In this document: positions 54,447 through 63,939 of the stretch, in pieces
Layout of the letters: every line of letters starts with the position of its first letter
How positions within the stretch are numbered: position 1 is the stretch's first letter
Source of the DNA: an uncultured Dehalococcoides sp.
Lineage (GTDB): Bacteria > Chloroflexota > Dehalococcoidia > UBA2979
Direction of reading: 5' to 3'
Assembly: GCA_964628985.1 (NCBI GenBank)
Contig: CAZVNJ010000003.1
Location: 15,977 to 79,976, forward strand
Length of the DNA stretch: 64,000 bases
Translations under genes and position numbers: made by a program
The notes under the pieces: generated by a model
The model's database searches: none
The model's input: only the letters and a program-made list of their open reading frames with translations
Told to the model about the DNA's origin: nothing

Positions 54447-54833
54447 CTACGGGACGAAACGGCCGCCGGTGAACTCCGTCCCGGACTGGACGAAACAGAT
54501 CGGGTTCCCGGACGGGTCGCGCGCGTAGAACGAACGCTCGCCCCATGCGCGGGCCACGATGCTCTCCCCGAGCCAGGAACAACCCGCTGAGGCGGCCCGG
54601 GCGTAGGTCTCCTCGATGTCGTCCACGGCGAAGTAGACGTGCTCGATGTTCGGGCGGAACGCCGGCTGCTCCGCTTCCATTCCCACGCAGGCGAGGATGG
54701 TGCCACCGCACTCGAAGTAGTGCCGGGCACCCGAGACGCGCTCGCCCGGCAAGCCAAGGATCGCCGCGTAGAACCGCGCGGCCTCGTCCACGTCGACCGC
54801 CGGCAGGATGACTCGGAATAGTCGAGCCGGCAT
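54447..54833 (-). CDS. VOC/glyoxalase-family protein
   Basis: 128 aa from the ATG at 54833. RVILPAVDVDEAARFY...HVYFAVDD...FYARDPSGN. Confidence 0.7.
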   Translation of the reverse strand: MPARLFRVILPAVDVDEAARFYAAILGLPGERVSGARHYFECGGTILACVGMEAEQPAFRPNIEHVYFAVDDIEETYARAASAGCSWLGESIVARAWGERSFYARDPSGNPICFVQSGTEFTGGRFVP

Positions 54834-54843
54834 TGCGCTGCCG

Positions 54844-55731
54844 CTACCGGCCTGGAGCCAGCATCGCTCGCGCTTTCCCACCCGGAGCCGACACGATCAT
54901 CTCGATCAGCGTGCGCGTGATGTTCGGCTCCAGTCCTTCAGTGTGTCCCTTGTCGAGACGCAGCACGTCCGCGATCACGCGGCCGTCACGGGCGTCGGGG
55001 TAGACGTAGACCTGTGCCGTGCCGGGCCGCGCCTCGAGGCCCCATGAGGCATTCGACTTGCCCTCGCGGAGCCGGTCATAGATCTGGCCGGCCTCGGTGT
55101 CCACGACGTCAGGCAGTCGCCGTCGCGGCCCAGCGCCGTACTTCTCCGCCCAGGGCGACGTCTCCGGGAGCGTCACGATCTCGTGTTCACCGATCGCGAA
55201 GATGAACGACATATCCGTCTGCGGGAGCGGCGGCGGCCCCGGGCGGTCGGCTGGCGCGGGCACCGAACCGCGGGTGGGGAGGTAGAACGCGTCCGGCCGC
55301 TCGTGCCCGCCGAGGCGACCGCCCGAGAGGCTCAGCCAGCCGTCCACGCGGTCGCGGAAGAACGGTGTCTGCAGCAGCCGCGCCGAGGTCTGTCCGCCTT
55401 GCGAGTGGCCCACCAGCCAGAACGACCGAATCCGTTCGACGCCGTACTTCTCGAACACGTAGTTCACGATGTTCTGGAGGTGCTCGTCGTCCGCCTCCCC
55501 GACCCAGCGACGCGACGGTTCCTTCGTCGCAGCCGAGGGGGTAGCGACCACCAGGCGGTACTGCTCCTTGTAGTCGTGCGCCGGGAAGTAAGCGTGCTGC
55601 CACTGGCCGACGGACCCGCCGCCGTGCAAGTTCAGCAGGAAGACCAGCGGCTCTCCCGGCCGGAGGTCGTCCGGGTCATCAAGGAAGAACTTCCGGCCGG
55701 TCTTTTCGTCGACCGCCGCGATGCTGCCCAT
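54844..55731 (-). CDS. Alpha/beta hydrolase (esterase/depolymerase-like)
   Basis: 295 aa from the ATG at 55731 (GAGAGGAG upstream). LNLHGGG, nucleophile elbow GHSQGG. The track ORF has a rejected upstream extension. Confidence 0.7.
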   Translation of the reverse strand: MGSIAAVDEKTGRKFFLDDPDDLRPGEPLVFLLNLHGGGSVGQWQHAYFPAHDYKEQYRLVVATPSAATKEPSRRWVGEADDEHLQNIVNYVFEKYGVERIRSFWLVGHSQGGQTSARLLQTPFFRDRVDGWLSLSGGRLGGHERPDAFYLPTRGSVPAPADRPGPPPLPQTDMSFIFAIGEHEIVTLPETSPWAEKYGAGPRRRLPDVVDTEAGQIYDRLREGKSNASWGLEARPGTAQVYVYPDARDGRVIADVLRLDKGHTEGLEPNITRTLIEMIVSAPGGKARAMLAPGR

Positions 55732-55751
55732 GCTCGGCTCCTCTCGCGGGC

Positions 55752-56546
55752 CTATCGCCCGACGAACTTCGGTTTTCGACTCTCCAGGAACGACGCACGG
55801 CCCTCGGCCACATCGGCCGTCCCGCGCAGCAGCGCCTGCGCTGCCCACTCGAATTCGATCTGGCGCTGCAAGTCCACGAGCCAGGAGTTCCGCACCTCGC
55901 GCTTCTGCCACATCATGGAGAGCGGGGCGCCCTCCGTCAGGCCGCGGGCCACCTCCATCGCGCGTTCGAGCGCGTCCGGGACCAGTTCATTGCCCAGCCC
56001 CAGTTGAGCCGCTTCCTCCGCGAGCACGTCTCGTGATGTGTACAGCAGTTCGAGCGCCTTCGCGTGCCCCACGAGCCGCGGCAGCCAATAGGTGATGCCG
56101 CAATCCGGCGACAGGGCACGCCGCCCGAAGACCGTGACAAAGCGCGCTTCCGGGCCGAGGTAACGGAGGTCGAAGGAGAGCGCGAGGGCGTAGCCCGCGC
56201 CGGCGCACACCCCGTTGATCGCCGCGATGGTCGGCTTGTCCAGCCGCTGCATCGCGAGGCCGATCGCGCTGATCCCCATGGTGTCGGTCGGTGTCGCCTC
56301 GGGAGTGGCGTCCGGGTCGGCGGGGTTCCGACTGACGAGGTCGGCGCCCGCCGAGAAGCCGCGGCCCTCGTGCGAAGCGACCACCACCCGGACATCCTCG
56401 TCCACCTGGAGGCGGCGACCGAGTTCGACGATCTGCCAGAAGGTGCGCGTGCGCATGGCGTTCAGGAGTTCCGGGCGGTTGATTCGCCAGTGGCCGATCC
56501 CGTCCGCCACCTCCACGATCAGGTCATCGAGGTCGTCGTACCGCAT
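55752..56546 (-). CDS. Enoyl-CoA hydratase/isomerase (crotonase fold)
   Basis: 264 aa from the ATG at 56546 (GGAGG upstream). GHWRINRPELLNAM, FSAGADL, AAINGVCAGAGYALALSFDLR oxyanion-hole helices. Confidence 0.85.
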   Translation of the reverse strand: MRYDDLDDLIVEVADGIGHWRINRPELLNAMRTRTFWQIVELGRRLQVDEDVRVVVASHEGRGFSAGADLVSRNPADPDATPEATPTDTMGISAIGLAMQRLDKPTIAAINGVCAGAGYALALSFDLRYLGPEARFVTVFGRRALSPDCGITYWLPRLVGHAKALELLYTSRDVLAEEAAQLGLGNELVPDALERAMEVARGLTEGAPLSMMWQKREVRNSWLVDLQRQIEFEWAAQALLRGTADVAEGRASFLESRKPKFVGR

Positions 56547-56631
56547 CAAGGCCTCCGCTTCCGCGGCTCGTTCTACACCGGCCCACCAGACCTCACAACC
56601 GGCCGCTGTTAGAGTGCGCCCCGGGGGACCG

Positions 56632-57390
56632 ATGGGCGCACTCGAATACCCGCTCCTGGCCGTGGCCGCGTTCGTCGCGGGGGCCATCAATGCGGTCGCC
56701 GGCGGAGGCTCGCTGGTCTCCTTCCCCGCGCTCGTAGCCGCCGGGTACTCCTCGAAGGTCGCCAACGTGACGAATACGGTCGCGCTCTGGCCGGGGTACG
56801 TCGGTGGCTCGATTGGCTACGCGGCCCAGCTGACGGACCAGCGCCGCCGCATCCTCGTCCTGACGGTGCCGAGCATCCTCGGCGCCATCGCGGGGTCCGC
56901 GATCCTGCTCATGACGTCCGAGGCTTCGTTCGACCGGATCGTCCCGTTCCTGATCCTCTTCGCCGCGGGCCTGATGGCGGCACAGCCTCGACTGTCAGCC
57001 TGGGTGGCGCGCCATCGTCCCGAGGGCCCCGAGGGCCGCACCCCGTTCGAGCTGATCGCGGCAGTCTTCCTTCTCGCAATCTACGGGGCATACTTCGGCG
57101 CGGGGCTCGGGATCATCACGCTCGCGGTATTGGGAATCCTCCTACCGGACGACCTGCACCGGTCGAATGCGCTCAAGGGACTGCTCTCCGCGATCATCAA
57201 CGCGGCGGCGGTCGTCTACTTCGCAATCTGGGGCCCGGTCGCCTGGCTCCCCGCGGTAGTGATGGCCGTGGCGGCCCTCGCTGGCGGCTACCTCGGCGTG
57301 GGGGTGGCACGACGGTTCTCCGCTGCCCGCCTCCGCATGGGCGTCATCGCCTACGCCCTCGTGGTCGCCGTCATACTGTTGGTGCGATAG
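56632..57390 (+). CDS. TauE/SafE (DUF81) family anion exporter
   Basis: 252 aa with 7-8 TM helices. Internal duplication with GGGSL and GxGxG motifs (AGLGII). Confidence 0.75.
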   Translation: MGALEYPLLAVAAFVAGAINAVAGGGSLVSFPALVAAGYSSKVANVTNTVALWPGYVGGSIGYAAQLTDQRRRILVLTVPSILGAIAGSAILLMTSEASFDRIVPFLILFAAGLMAAQPRLSAWVARHRPEGPEGRTPFELIAAVFLLAIYGAYFGAGLGIITLAVLGILLPDDLHRSNALKGLLSAIINAAAVVYFAIWGPVAWLPAVVMAVAALAGGYLGVGVARRFSAARLRMGVIAYALVVAVILLVR

Positions 57391-57413
57391 CCGAGGACGG
57401 AGGAAGGTCCGCG

Positions 57414-57878
57414 ATGCCCAACCCGCGTGCCCGCCTCGTCCTCACCGAGGCTGAACAGGCTGAACTGCTGAGCGAGGCGCGCACCCTTCAGGTGGCGAGC
57501 ATCAACCGCGACGGCACCCCGCACCTCGTGCCGATGTGGTTCGTGATCGACGACGACGGCCTGATCGCATTCACCACGTACGGGACGTCTCAGAAGGTCC
57601 GGAACCTTCAGCGCGACCCAAGGATCACCGTCCTCGCGGAGGCAGGGTCCGTCTACAACGAACTGCGCGGGGTCTCGATCGACGGCCGCGCTGAGTTGAT
57701 CGCGGACCCCGAGGTAACGGCACGCATCCTCGCGCTCGAGGGCGCGAAGCACGCGGGGCGACCGCGCCCCGCGCGGCCAGAGAACCCGACCGAGCCCGCG
57801 CGCCCGACGAAGCGGGTGACGATCCGTATCCATCCCCTGCGCGTGCGCTCCTGGGACCACCGGAAACTAGGCTCGTGA
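57414..57878 (+). CDS. Pyridoxamine-5-phosphate-oxidase-family split-barrel protein (PPOX class, possibly F420/FMN-dependent)
   Basis: LQVASINRDGTPHLVPMWFV...ITVLAE pattern. RBS GGAGGAAGG. Confidence 0.7.
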   Translation: MPNPRARLVLTEAEQAELLSEARTLQVASINRDGTPHLVPMWFVIDDDGLIAFTTYGTSQKVRNLQRDPRITVLAEAGSVYNELRGVSIDGRAELIADPEVTARILALEGAKHAGRPRPARPENPTEPARPTKRVTIRIHPLRVRSWDHRKLGS

Positions 57879-58186
57879 CCACACGCCTCGCTGTCTCGCC
57901 TGAGGCTCCCGTCGCCGAACCGGCCGTCGAGGAGGTCACCGGCACCGAGTTCGTCCGACGCGCAACGGTCGTCGTGCACAACGACGACGTGAACGCGATG
58001 GACGACGTCGTCCACGCCCTGCTCGCTTCCGTGCCGGAACTCTCAGTCGAGCGCGCAGTCGAGATCATGCTGACGGCGCATCATCACGGCCAAGCCGACG
58101 TCATCACCTGCCCCCTGGAGCGCGCCGAGTTGTACCGCGACCGACTGGAGGCGCACCACCTGACGGCCACGATCCGTCGAGAATGA
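57875..58186 (+). CDS. clpS: ATP-dependent Clp protease adaptor ClpS (second, canonical-looking paralog)
   Basis: 103 aa, VVVHNDDVNAMDDVVHALL...AVEIMLTAHHHGQA. GTG start overlapping the PPOX stop (GTGA). Confidence 0.75.
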   Translation: MTTRLAVSPEAPVAEPAVEEVTGTEFVRRATVVVHNDDVNAMDDVVHALLASVPELSVERAVEIMLTAHHHGQADVITCPLERAELYRDRLEAHHLTATIRRE

Positions 58187-58198
58187 CAACCGCCGGGA

Positions 58199-59155
58199 CT
58201 ACCTCGGCAGGTCCTTCGCCATGAAGACGCTCAGCGGGTGTGTCCACGGCGCACCGTAGCGCGGGATCGGCTCGAAGCCGGCACGGCGATAGAGCGCGAT
58301 CGCTTCAGGCTGTCGGTCGCCCGTCTCCAGCACAACGCGCGCGTACCCGATGGCGCGGGCCTCAGCGAGCAACCCTTCGAGGACCGCCGCGGCCACTCCA
58401 CGCCGTCGGGCGCTGGGGACGACGTACATTCGCTTCAACTCGCCAGTCGCGAGCATGTCCGGCACGGGCACCGGACGCAGGGCGCCGCACCCGGCCGGGC
58501 GACCATCGAGGTCCGCGATCAGAAAGACGCCCGCGCCCGGCTCAAGCTCGGTCGGATCGATCGGCGGCGGCGGCTCGTCGTCGTCGTAGAGCGCCGCCAC
58601 CTCCACGGCCATCGCATCGGTCAACGCGACCGCCTCGGGCGCCTCAATCGATGCGCGGCGGAGCGGGATCGGCGTGGCACCTACCTGCTTCTCCATGCAG
58701 AGACTGAGCGGAGACTCGACGTATTCACCGAAGCGGGCAACCTCGACAAAGCCGTAGCGGCGGTAGAGCGCCAGGGCTTCGCGCTGCCGCGGGCCCGTCT
58801 CGAGCAGCATCCGACGCACGCCGAGCGCCGCGGCCTCGCGCTCTAGCGCTGCGAGGACGGCGTGGCCGACGCCTCGCCCTCGTAGGGCGGGGACGGCATA
58901 CATCCGCTTCAACTCCACAGCATCTTCCAGCCCGGGTGTGATGAGACGCCGGAGCGCGCCACACCCGACGGGATCACCGTCGACCGTCGCCAGGAGGAAC
59001 GCGCCACGTCCCGGCGCGACCTCGTCAGCGTCCAGGCGGAAGTGCGTCGCCCCTTCCTCCGGGTAGATGCGGGTGAGTTCCGCGTTGAGCGCCTCGATCA
59101 GACGGCGTGCGGTCTCGGACAGCAGGTCGCCACGCGCGACCACGATCTCAACCAT
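58199..59155 (-). CDS. Tandem-GNAT N-acetyltransferase (two acetyltransferase domains)
   Basis: 318 aa. Two repeats of the V..RGRGVG.../R.RGVAAA... acetyl-CoA-binding motif followed by the YRRYGF / YRRAGF segments. Confidence 0.8.
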   Translation of the reverse strand: MVEIVVARGDLLSETARRLIEALNAELTRIYPEEGATHFRLDADEVAPGRGAFLLATVDGDPVGCGALRRLITPGLEDAVELKRMYAVPALRGRGVGHAVLAALEREAAALGVRRMLLETGPRQREALALYRRYGFVEVARFGEYVESPLSLCMEKQVGATPIPLRRASIEAPEAVALTDAMAVEVAALYDDDEPPPPIDPTELEPGAGVFLIADLDGRPAGCGALRPVPVPDMLATGELKRMYVVPSARRRGVAAAVLEGLLAEARAIGYARVVLETGDRQPEAIALYRRAGFEPIPRYGAPWTHPLSVFMAKDLPR

Positions 59156-59183
59156 GGCGCGATTCTACGGGCTGGGGGCGCCG

Positions 59184-59720
59184 CTACCGAGCGCGCGTGC
59201 GCAGTGGGACGAGGCCCAACGCGCGACGGCGCGTATTCGCGGCGCGAAACACCAATTCCTCCTCCGCCACGAACCGTCCAAGCGCCGCGGTCGACACACC
59301 GAGGTGCCGTGCGGCATCCGCGAGCGACCAGCCGTGGGCCTCCAGCAGGTCGAAGACCGAAGCGACTGCAAGCGCGTAGCGCGGCTCCCGGCGGACGGCT
59401 GGCCCGCTCCCCACTCGGACGAGAAGGGCAAGGCCCGGCGGCGGCTCCCAGGCCTCGATGTCCAACGGGTCACGGACCTGCACGGCGATCGCGAGGCGAA
59501 GCCGGCGCGCGGCGCGGGCCCGGTTTTCGTGCTGCGAGCGGGACTCGTCTGCCTCGGCAGAGACCCCGGTCGGCTGGTGGCGGAGACGTACCGCGGAGCT
59601 CGTCTTGTTCCGCTTCTGCCCACCCGGGCCTGAGGCGCGGAACGTGTCCATCTCACACGCCGCGGCTAGAGCAGCGTCATCGAGCGCGAGCGTGCTGTCG
59701 CGGAGGGAGGGCGGCGCCAT
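59184..59720 (-). CDS. Peptidyl-tRNA hydrolase ArfB-like (RF-1 GGQ domain) with extra C-terminal region
   Basis: 178 aa from the ATG at 59720. [22 protein letters not shown] is the GGQ catalytic motif. It is followed by ~90 aa including the HTH-like [23 protein letters not shown] and a basic tail. Confidence 0.6.
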   Translation of the reverse strand: MAPPSLRDSTLALDDAALAAACEMDTFRASGPGGQKRNKTSSAVRLRHQPTGVSAEADESRSQHENRARAARRLRLAIAVQVRDPLDIEAWEPPPGLALLVRVGSGPAVRREPRYALAVASVFDLLEAHGWSLADAARHLGVSTAALGRFVAEEELVFRAANTRRRALGLVPLRTRAR

Positions 59721-59830
59721 CCGGCGACGGTAGCGGTGGCGGCGCGGACGTGCCTCGAACGTGGAGGGCGGGGAGGCTATCCTCGGCGTCCGGCGGGGCT
59801 CCCGTCCGGGGCACGGCACGGAGCAAAGAG

Positions 59831-60898
59831 ATGGGCCAGAAGATCCGCGCGCAGTTGATCGGGGCGACCGGGTACGGCGGCCTCGGCATCCTCGAACTGC
59901 TGATCGGTCACCCGAACTTCGAGATTGCGGCACTCGTCGCCCGCGACGACGCCGGCAAGCGCATCGACGAGGTCTACCCGCACCTCGCGGGCCGGTGCGA
60001 CCTGCCTGTGCAAGCTCCGGATGCGATCCAGGTGGGGGTGGACTGCGACGTGGTGATCTTCGCTACCCCCGACCGCGTCTCGCAGCCGTACGCCGACAAT
60101 CTCACCTCCCGCGGCGTGCGCTTTATTGACTACTCGGGTGACTTCCGCTTCGCGAGCGTGCAGGACTACGCCCGGTACGCCGACCGGCACCCATCGATCA
60201 GTGACACCTCGCACCAGACACCGGGCCTCCTCGGAAAGGCCGTCTACGGCGTCACGGAACTGAACGCCGAGGCCATCGGTGGCGCGCCCATCGTCGGCAA
60301 TCCCGGCTGCTTCGCCGTCGGCATCGTCTTGGGCATGGCGCCGCTGTACGCGGAGGGCCTCGTCGAGGACGGTGTGGTCATCGTCGACGGCCTTACTGGC
60401 TCCTCCGGCGCAGGCAAGAAACCAGCGCCGCTCCAGCATTTCAGCCACCTGAACGACAACGTCGTCCCCTACCGCGTGCTGAACCACCAGCACACCGTGG
60501 AGGCCGAGTTCACCCTCGGCCGGCTGGGGAAGGCAAAGGGCGCCACTGTCGACTTCATCCCGCACCTGCTCGGGACGACGCGCGGCATCCTGAACACCAT
60601 GCACACGACGCTGACAACCTCTGTCAGCCGCAAGACGCTGCTCGATCAGTACCGGGCCTACTTCGCGGGCCATCCCTTCGTCCGGGTGCTGGACACTCCA
60701 CCGACGCTCAAAGGCACGCTCGGCTCGAACTACATCGATATCTCCCTCTTCACCTCCCCGGACAACCGCCGGGCTGTCGTGATGACCTCGATCGACAACC
60801 TGATGAAGGGCCAGAGCGGCTCTGCGATGCAGAACCTCAACGTTATGTTCGGACTGCCTCAGCAGGCCGGCCTCGATCGGGGCCCGATCTACCCGTAG
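59831..60898 (+). CDS. argC: N-acetyl-gamma-glutamyl-phosphate reductase
   Basis: 355 aa. [19 protein letters not shown]-binding motif and catalytic [17 protein letters not shown]. Encoded inside the longer track ORF 59042-60898. Confidence 0.9.
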   Translation: MGQKIRAQLIGATGYGGLGILELLIGHPNFEIAALVARDDAGKRIDEVYPHLAGRCDLPVQAPDAIQVGVDCDVVIFATPDRVSQPYADNLTSRGVRFIDYSGDFRFASVQDYARYADRHPSISDTSHQTPGLLGKAVYGVTELNAEAIGGAPIVGNPGCFAVGIVLGMAPLYAEGLVEDGVVIVDGLTGSSGAGKKPAPLQHFSHLNDNVVPYRVLNHQHTVEAEFTLGRLGKAKGATVDFIPHLLGTTRGILNTMHTTLTTSVSRKTLLDQYRAYFAGHPFVRVLDTPPTLKGTLGSNYIDISLFTSPDNRRAVVMTSIDNLMKGQSGSAMQNLNVMFGLPQQAGLDRGPIYP

Positions 60899-61171
60899 GG
60901 CGGGCTGCGAGCCTCACAGAATTCCCTCCGGCGAATCTGCGGGGGCGCCCCTGCGGCGTCCGAACGGGCAAGGCCATGCCCTCGTTCTCCTGCTGTCAGG
61001 CACCAAGCCTGGCACCGGGTACGGCTGGAGCCGCCACCCGAAGTACCCGGAAGACGGCGCCGGCCATCCCCCGCCTGAGGCCGGCGCCGCTTTCGGGCAC
61101 AGCAGATCAGGACGGGAACGTCAGGACACAGCAGCAGGCGCGGAGGATTCGCGTCACCGAGGGACGCTATC

Positions 61172-61834
61172 GTGGGCATTCGGATGACGGCCATGTGGAC
61201 GATGGGCGCAGCGCCCATCTCCGTGCCGTTCAACGGTGCGAAGGCGGGCGCGTTGGACCGGACTGCAGCGCGCGAGGTCTCCGCCCCCGCCGATCCGGTC
61301 GAGGTAACCGGCCTCGTGGATCGCGCCAAGGACGGCGACGCGCAAGCATTCGGCCTCCTGTACGACCGCTTCCAGCCCGAAATCCTCCGTTATCTGATCC
61401 ACCGCACGCGCGACCACGAAGCAGCCGAGGATCTGACCCAGCAGGTCTTCCTGAAGGCATGGCAGGCCATCCCGCGCTTCGAGCAGCGGGGCGTCCCTTT
61501 CAAGGCATGGCTCTACCGCATGGCTCACAACCAGATGGTGGACCACTTCCGCACCCGCAAGACCACGAGCGAACTCGGCGACTTCGACCTGCCCGACGAG
61601 GCGGACCAGGAGTCCGCCCTCTTGGCCGGCGAGATGAGCGAGGCGCTGCAGCGAGCACTGGCACGCCTCTCTGAGGACCACCGCCAGGTGCTGACGCTCC
61701 GCTTCCTCATGGAGAAGTCCGCGCGGGAGATCGGCGAGGTGATGGGGCGCAAGGAGGTCACCGTCCGCGGTCTCCAGATGCGAGCACTGCAGGCGCTTCG
61801 CCGTGAGATCGAGTCGATGGGAGGGCTGCCATGA
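61172..61834 (+). CDS. ECF-type sigma-70 family RNA polymerase sigma factor
   Basis: Region 2 (FGLLYDRFQPEILRYL...AEDLTQQVFLKAW) and region 4 (RQVLTLRFLMEKSAREIGEVMGRKEVTVRGLQMRALQALR). GTG start at 61172. The ATG at 61184 is an alternative. Confidence 0.8.
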   Translation: MGIRMTAMWTMGAAPISVPFNGAKAGALDRTAAREVSAPADPVEVTGLVDRAKDGDAQAFGLLYDRFQPEILRYLIHRTRDHEAAEDLTQQVFLKAWQAIPRFEQRGVPFKAWLYRMAHNQMVDHFRTRKTTSELGDFDLPDEADQESALLAGEMSEALQRALARLSEDHRQVLTLRFLMEKSAREIGEVMGRKEVTVRGLQMRALQALRREIESMGGLP

Positions 61835-63885
61835 CGGCGCCTCGCACCCCCGTTGAACTCATCATTGACCGCTGCATTGAAGACCTGCGCGCCGGCCGCG
61901 TCACCGTGGAGGAGTGCCTGTTGCGCTTCCCGCAGGACCGCGAGGTCCTGGAGCCGGCGCTTCGTGCGGCCGCGGCCATGAGCCAACTCCCCCGGTTGGA
62001 GCAAGCCCGGACGCCTGACCCTGCCCGCCGAGCCGCCTTCATGGCGGCGCTGCGCGACACGCCGCAGCAACGCCGGCGCCGTATCCGTGTGCCGTCGCTC
62101 GCCACGCTGCTCAGCGCTGGCGCGTTCCGCGTCGTGGGGCCCGCCTTCGCCCTCGCCGCCGTGGCCGTCGCCGTCGTCCTGGGCGGCGGTGGCACGCCCG
62201 CGACCGCCTCAACCCTCACCGTCTTCGTAGGCGAAGTCCAGCGCCTCGATGGGGTCGAATGGCGCACGCTGCGTGACGGTTCCGCCCTGGAGGCGGGCGT
62301 CCGGATGCGTACGGCCGCCGGCAGTCACGCCGTGATCACCTTCCCGGACGGCTCAACGGTCGCGCTCGACCCACAGACCGAGGTCCTCATCGAGACGCTC
62401 GCGATGTCCCCACGTCGCATCGAGGTGCGCCAGCAGTCCGGACGCTTGTGGCATGACATCGTCCATGACGAGACAGACGGCTCGCGCTTTGTGGTGCTGA
62501 CCCCGGACGCGCGCATCGAGGTCCTGGGGACGGTATTCGAGACCTCTGTGGACGCGGTGACCGGGAAGACGGATGTCGCCACCGTGGAGGGAGAGGTCCG
62601 CGTCGTGGCGGGCGAGCAGGCCGTGCCCGTCGGGCGCGGCGAGACCCTCCGGGCGCGCAAGGAGACCATCGAGGACGTGGCCACGGCGCCTCTCCTCGAC
62701 AGCGCACTGACCATCAGCGGCCCCTTCGCCTCCGCCATGCTGACGCCGGACGGGCGGGGTACAGGTGTGCGCATCGATGGCGTCGTCTTCCGCCAGTTGC
62801 GCGGGATCACCACGGCCTTGAGTCCCGGAGTTCAGCGCTTTGACCTGCAGTCCGTAGACCCGGGCGAGTACGTGCTGTTCGTCCAGCGCTACGGCGATGG
62901 TGCCGGGGAGATCGTGATTGACATGCCTGAAGGGCAGCAGCGATTCGTGATCGAGGCTGGCGTCGCCCTCGCGCGGCTGCCTCTCCGCATCGATGTCGCG
63001 GGGGGGATCCCCCTGCTCGTCGCCACATCGTTGGAGATCACCGGGGCGGCTCCCGCGCCGGTAGTGCGTGTGGCTGAGAGCGAGCGCACAAAGGCGGCCA
63101 TCGACCTCGTCGTGCAAGCACGGGAGAAGCGGCGCGAGCAAGACCGTGACGATGAACGGGACACGGTGCGTGCAGCCGTGACACGCACGGCGACCAAGAC
63201 ACCGGCGGCACGCGCGACCACGGCCACCCCCGAGCGGAAGGCCCCGACCCCGCGCGCGACCGAGCGGACCGCGACCGCGACATCAACCCCGATCGCCACA
63301 CGCGCCGCCACGACGCGCACCGCATCTCCCACTCCGACGCCTCAGACGCGGTCAACCGTCACCGCGCAGGCAGACGCTGAGGTGAACGCCGCATACACGC
63401 GTCGCCTTCGCGCCGCGGTCACTTCAGGTGACCTCGAAGCGATCCGGCAGGCGCTGGAAGAGGCCGTAGGTGGTGAGAGCCTGACCCTGCGCCGGGCACG
63501 AGTGTCGGCGATCGTGACCGCGCTCGAGAACCAGACCAGCGCTCAGCGCATCGCGTTGCTGTTCGTGGACGGGAAGAACGGGCGCCTGCGGGATGACCTG
63601 CGCGAGGCCCTGTCCGCACACAGCGACTCAGGCCGGGCCCGCCTGGACGCGGCCATCGTGATCGCCGAGGCCCGGCGGCTTGAACAGCTTTCCAAGCAGA
63701 AGATCCCGACGCCGACCCCGACACCGGCCAAGACGGTGGTGCCCGTCAACCAGGCGACAACTACACCCAGTCCCACGGCGACGCCCACTCAGAGCGCGCC
63801 CTCCACTTCAACTCCCACGCCCACGCCGTCGACGACACCGGCCCGACTCCCCGCGGTCGTCCCCTCGCTCCTGCCAGCGAACTAG
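61831..63885 (+). CDS. Anti-sigma factor, single-pass membrane protein with FecR-like domain and Pro/Thr-rich low-complexity regions
   Basis: ATGA overlap with the sigma gene. N-terminal anti-sigma helix region, TM (AFALAAVAVAVVLGG), and FecR-like block AVITFPDGSTVALDPQTEVLIE...VLTPDARIEVLGTVFE. Long TP/PT tracts. Confidence 0.7.
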   Translation: MTAPRTPVELIIDRCIEDLRAGRVTVEECLLRFPQDREVLEPALRAAAAMSQLPRLEQARTPDPARRAAFMAALRDTPQQRRRRIRVPSLATLLSAGAFRVVGPAFALAAVAVAVVLGGGGTPATASTLTVFVGEVQRLDGVEWRTLRDGSALEAGVRMRTAAGSHAVITFPDGSTVALDPQTEVLIETLAMSPRRIEVRQQSGRLWHDIVHDETDGSRFVVLTPDARIEVLGTVFETSVDAVTGKTDVATVEGEVRVVAGEQAVPVGRGETLRARKETIEDVATAPLLDSALTISGPFASAMLTPDGRGTGVRIDGVVFRQLRGITTALSPGVQRFDLQSVDPGEYVLFVQRYGDGAGEIVIDMPEGQQRFVIEAGVALARLPLRIDVAGGIPLLVATSLEITGAAPAPVVRVAESERTKAAIDLVVQAREKRREQDRDDERDTVRAAVTRTATKTPAARATTATPERKAPTPRATERTATATSTPIATRAATTRTASPTPTPQTRSTVTAQADAEVNAAYTRRLRAAVTSGDLEAIRQALEEAVGGESLTLRRARVSAIVTALENQTSAQRIALLFVDGKNGRLRDDLREALSAHSDSGRARLDAAIVIAEARRLEQLSKQKIPTPTPTPAKTVVPVNQATTTPSPTATPTQSAPSTSTPTPTPSTTPARLPAVVPSLLPAN
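63163..63885 (+). repeat. Low-complexity Thr/Pro/Ala-rich coding repeats (two tracts) inside the anti-sigma gene
   Basis: Tracts TATKTPAARATTATPERKAPTPRATERTATATSTP...TPTPQT and KIPTPTPTPAKTVVP...TPTQSAPSTSTPTPTPSTTPA. At DNA level these give ccgac(a/g)cc-type reiterations. Confidence 0.5.
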
Positions 63886-63922
63886 TCATGGCGGGCGCTA
63901 ACTGCTTGTGTTCGGTGCCTGC

Positions 63923-63939
63923 GTCCCGCGAAGCGGGAC
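63923..63939. terminator. Short GC hairpin downstream of the anti-sigma gene (weak terminator candidate)
   Basis: gtcccgc gaa gcgggac is a 7-bp perfect stem with a GAA loop, 38 nt after the stop. No U-tract. It may lie inside a convergent gene entering from the window end. Confidence 0.25.

Noticed and set aside
59042-59830. Upstream part of the 618-aa ORF containing argC
   Set aside because: It is antisense to the GGQ-motif ArfB-like gene. The ArgC N-terminal NAD-binding motif begins at the ATG at 59831.
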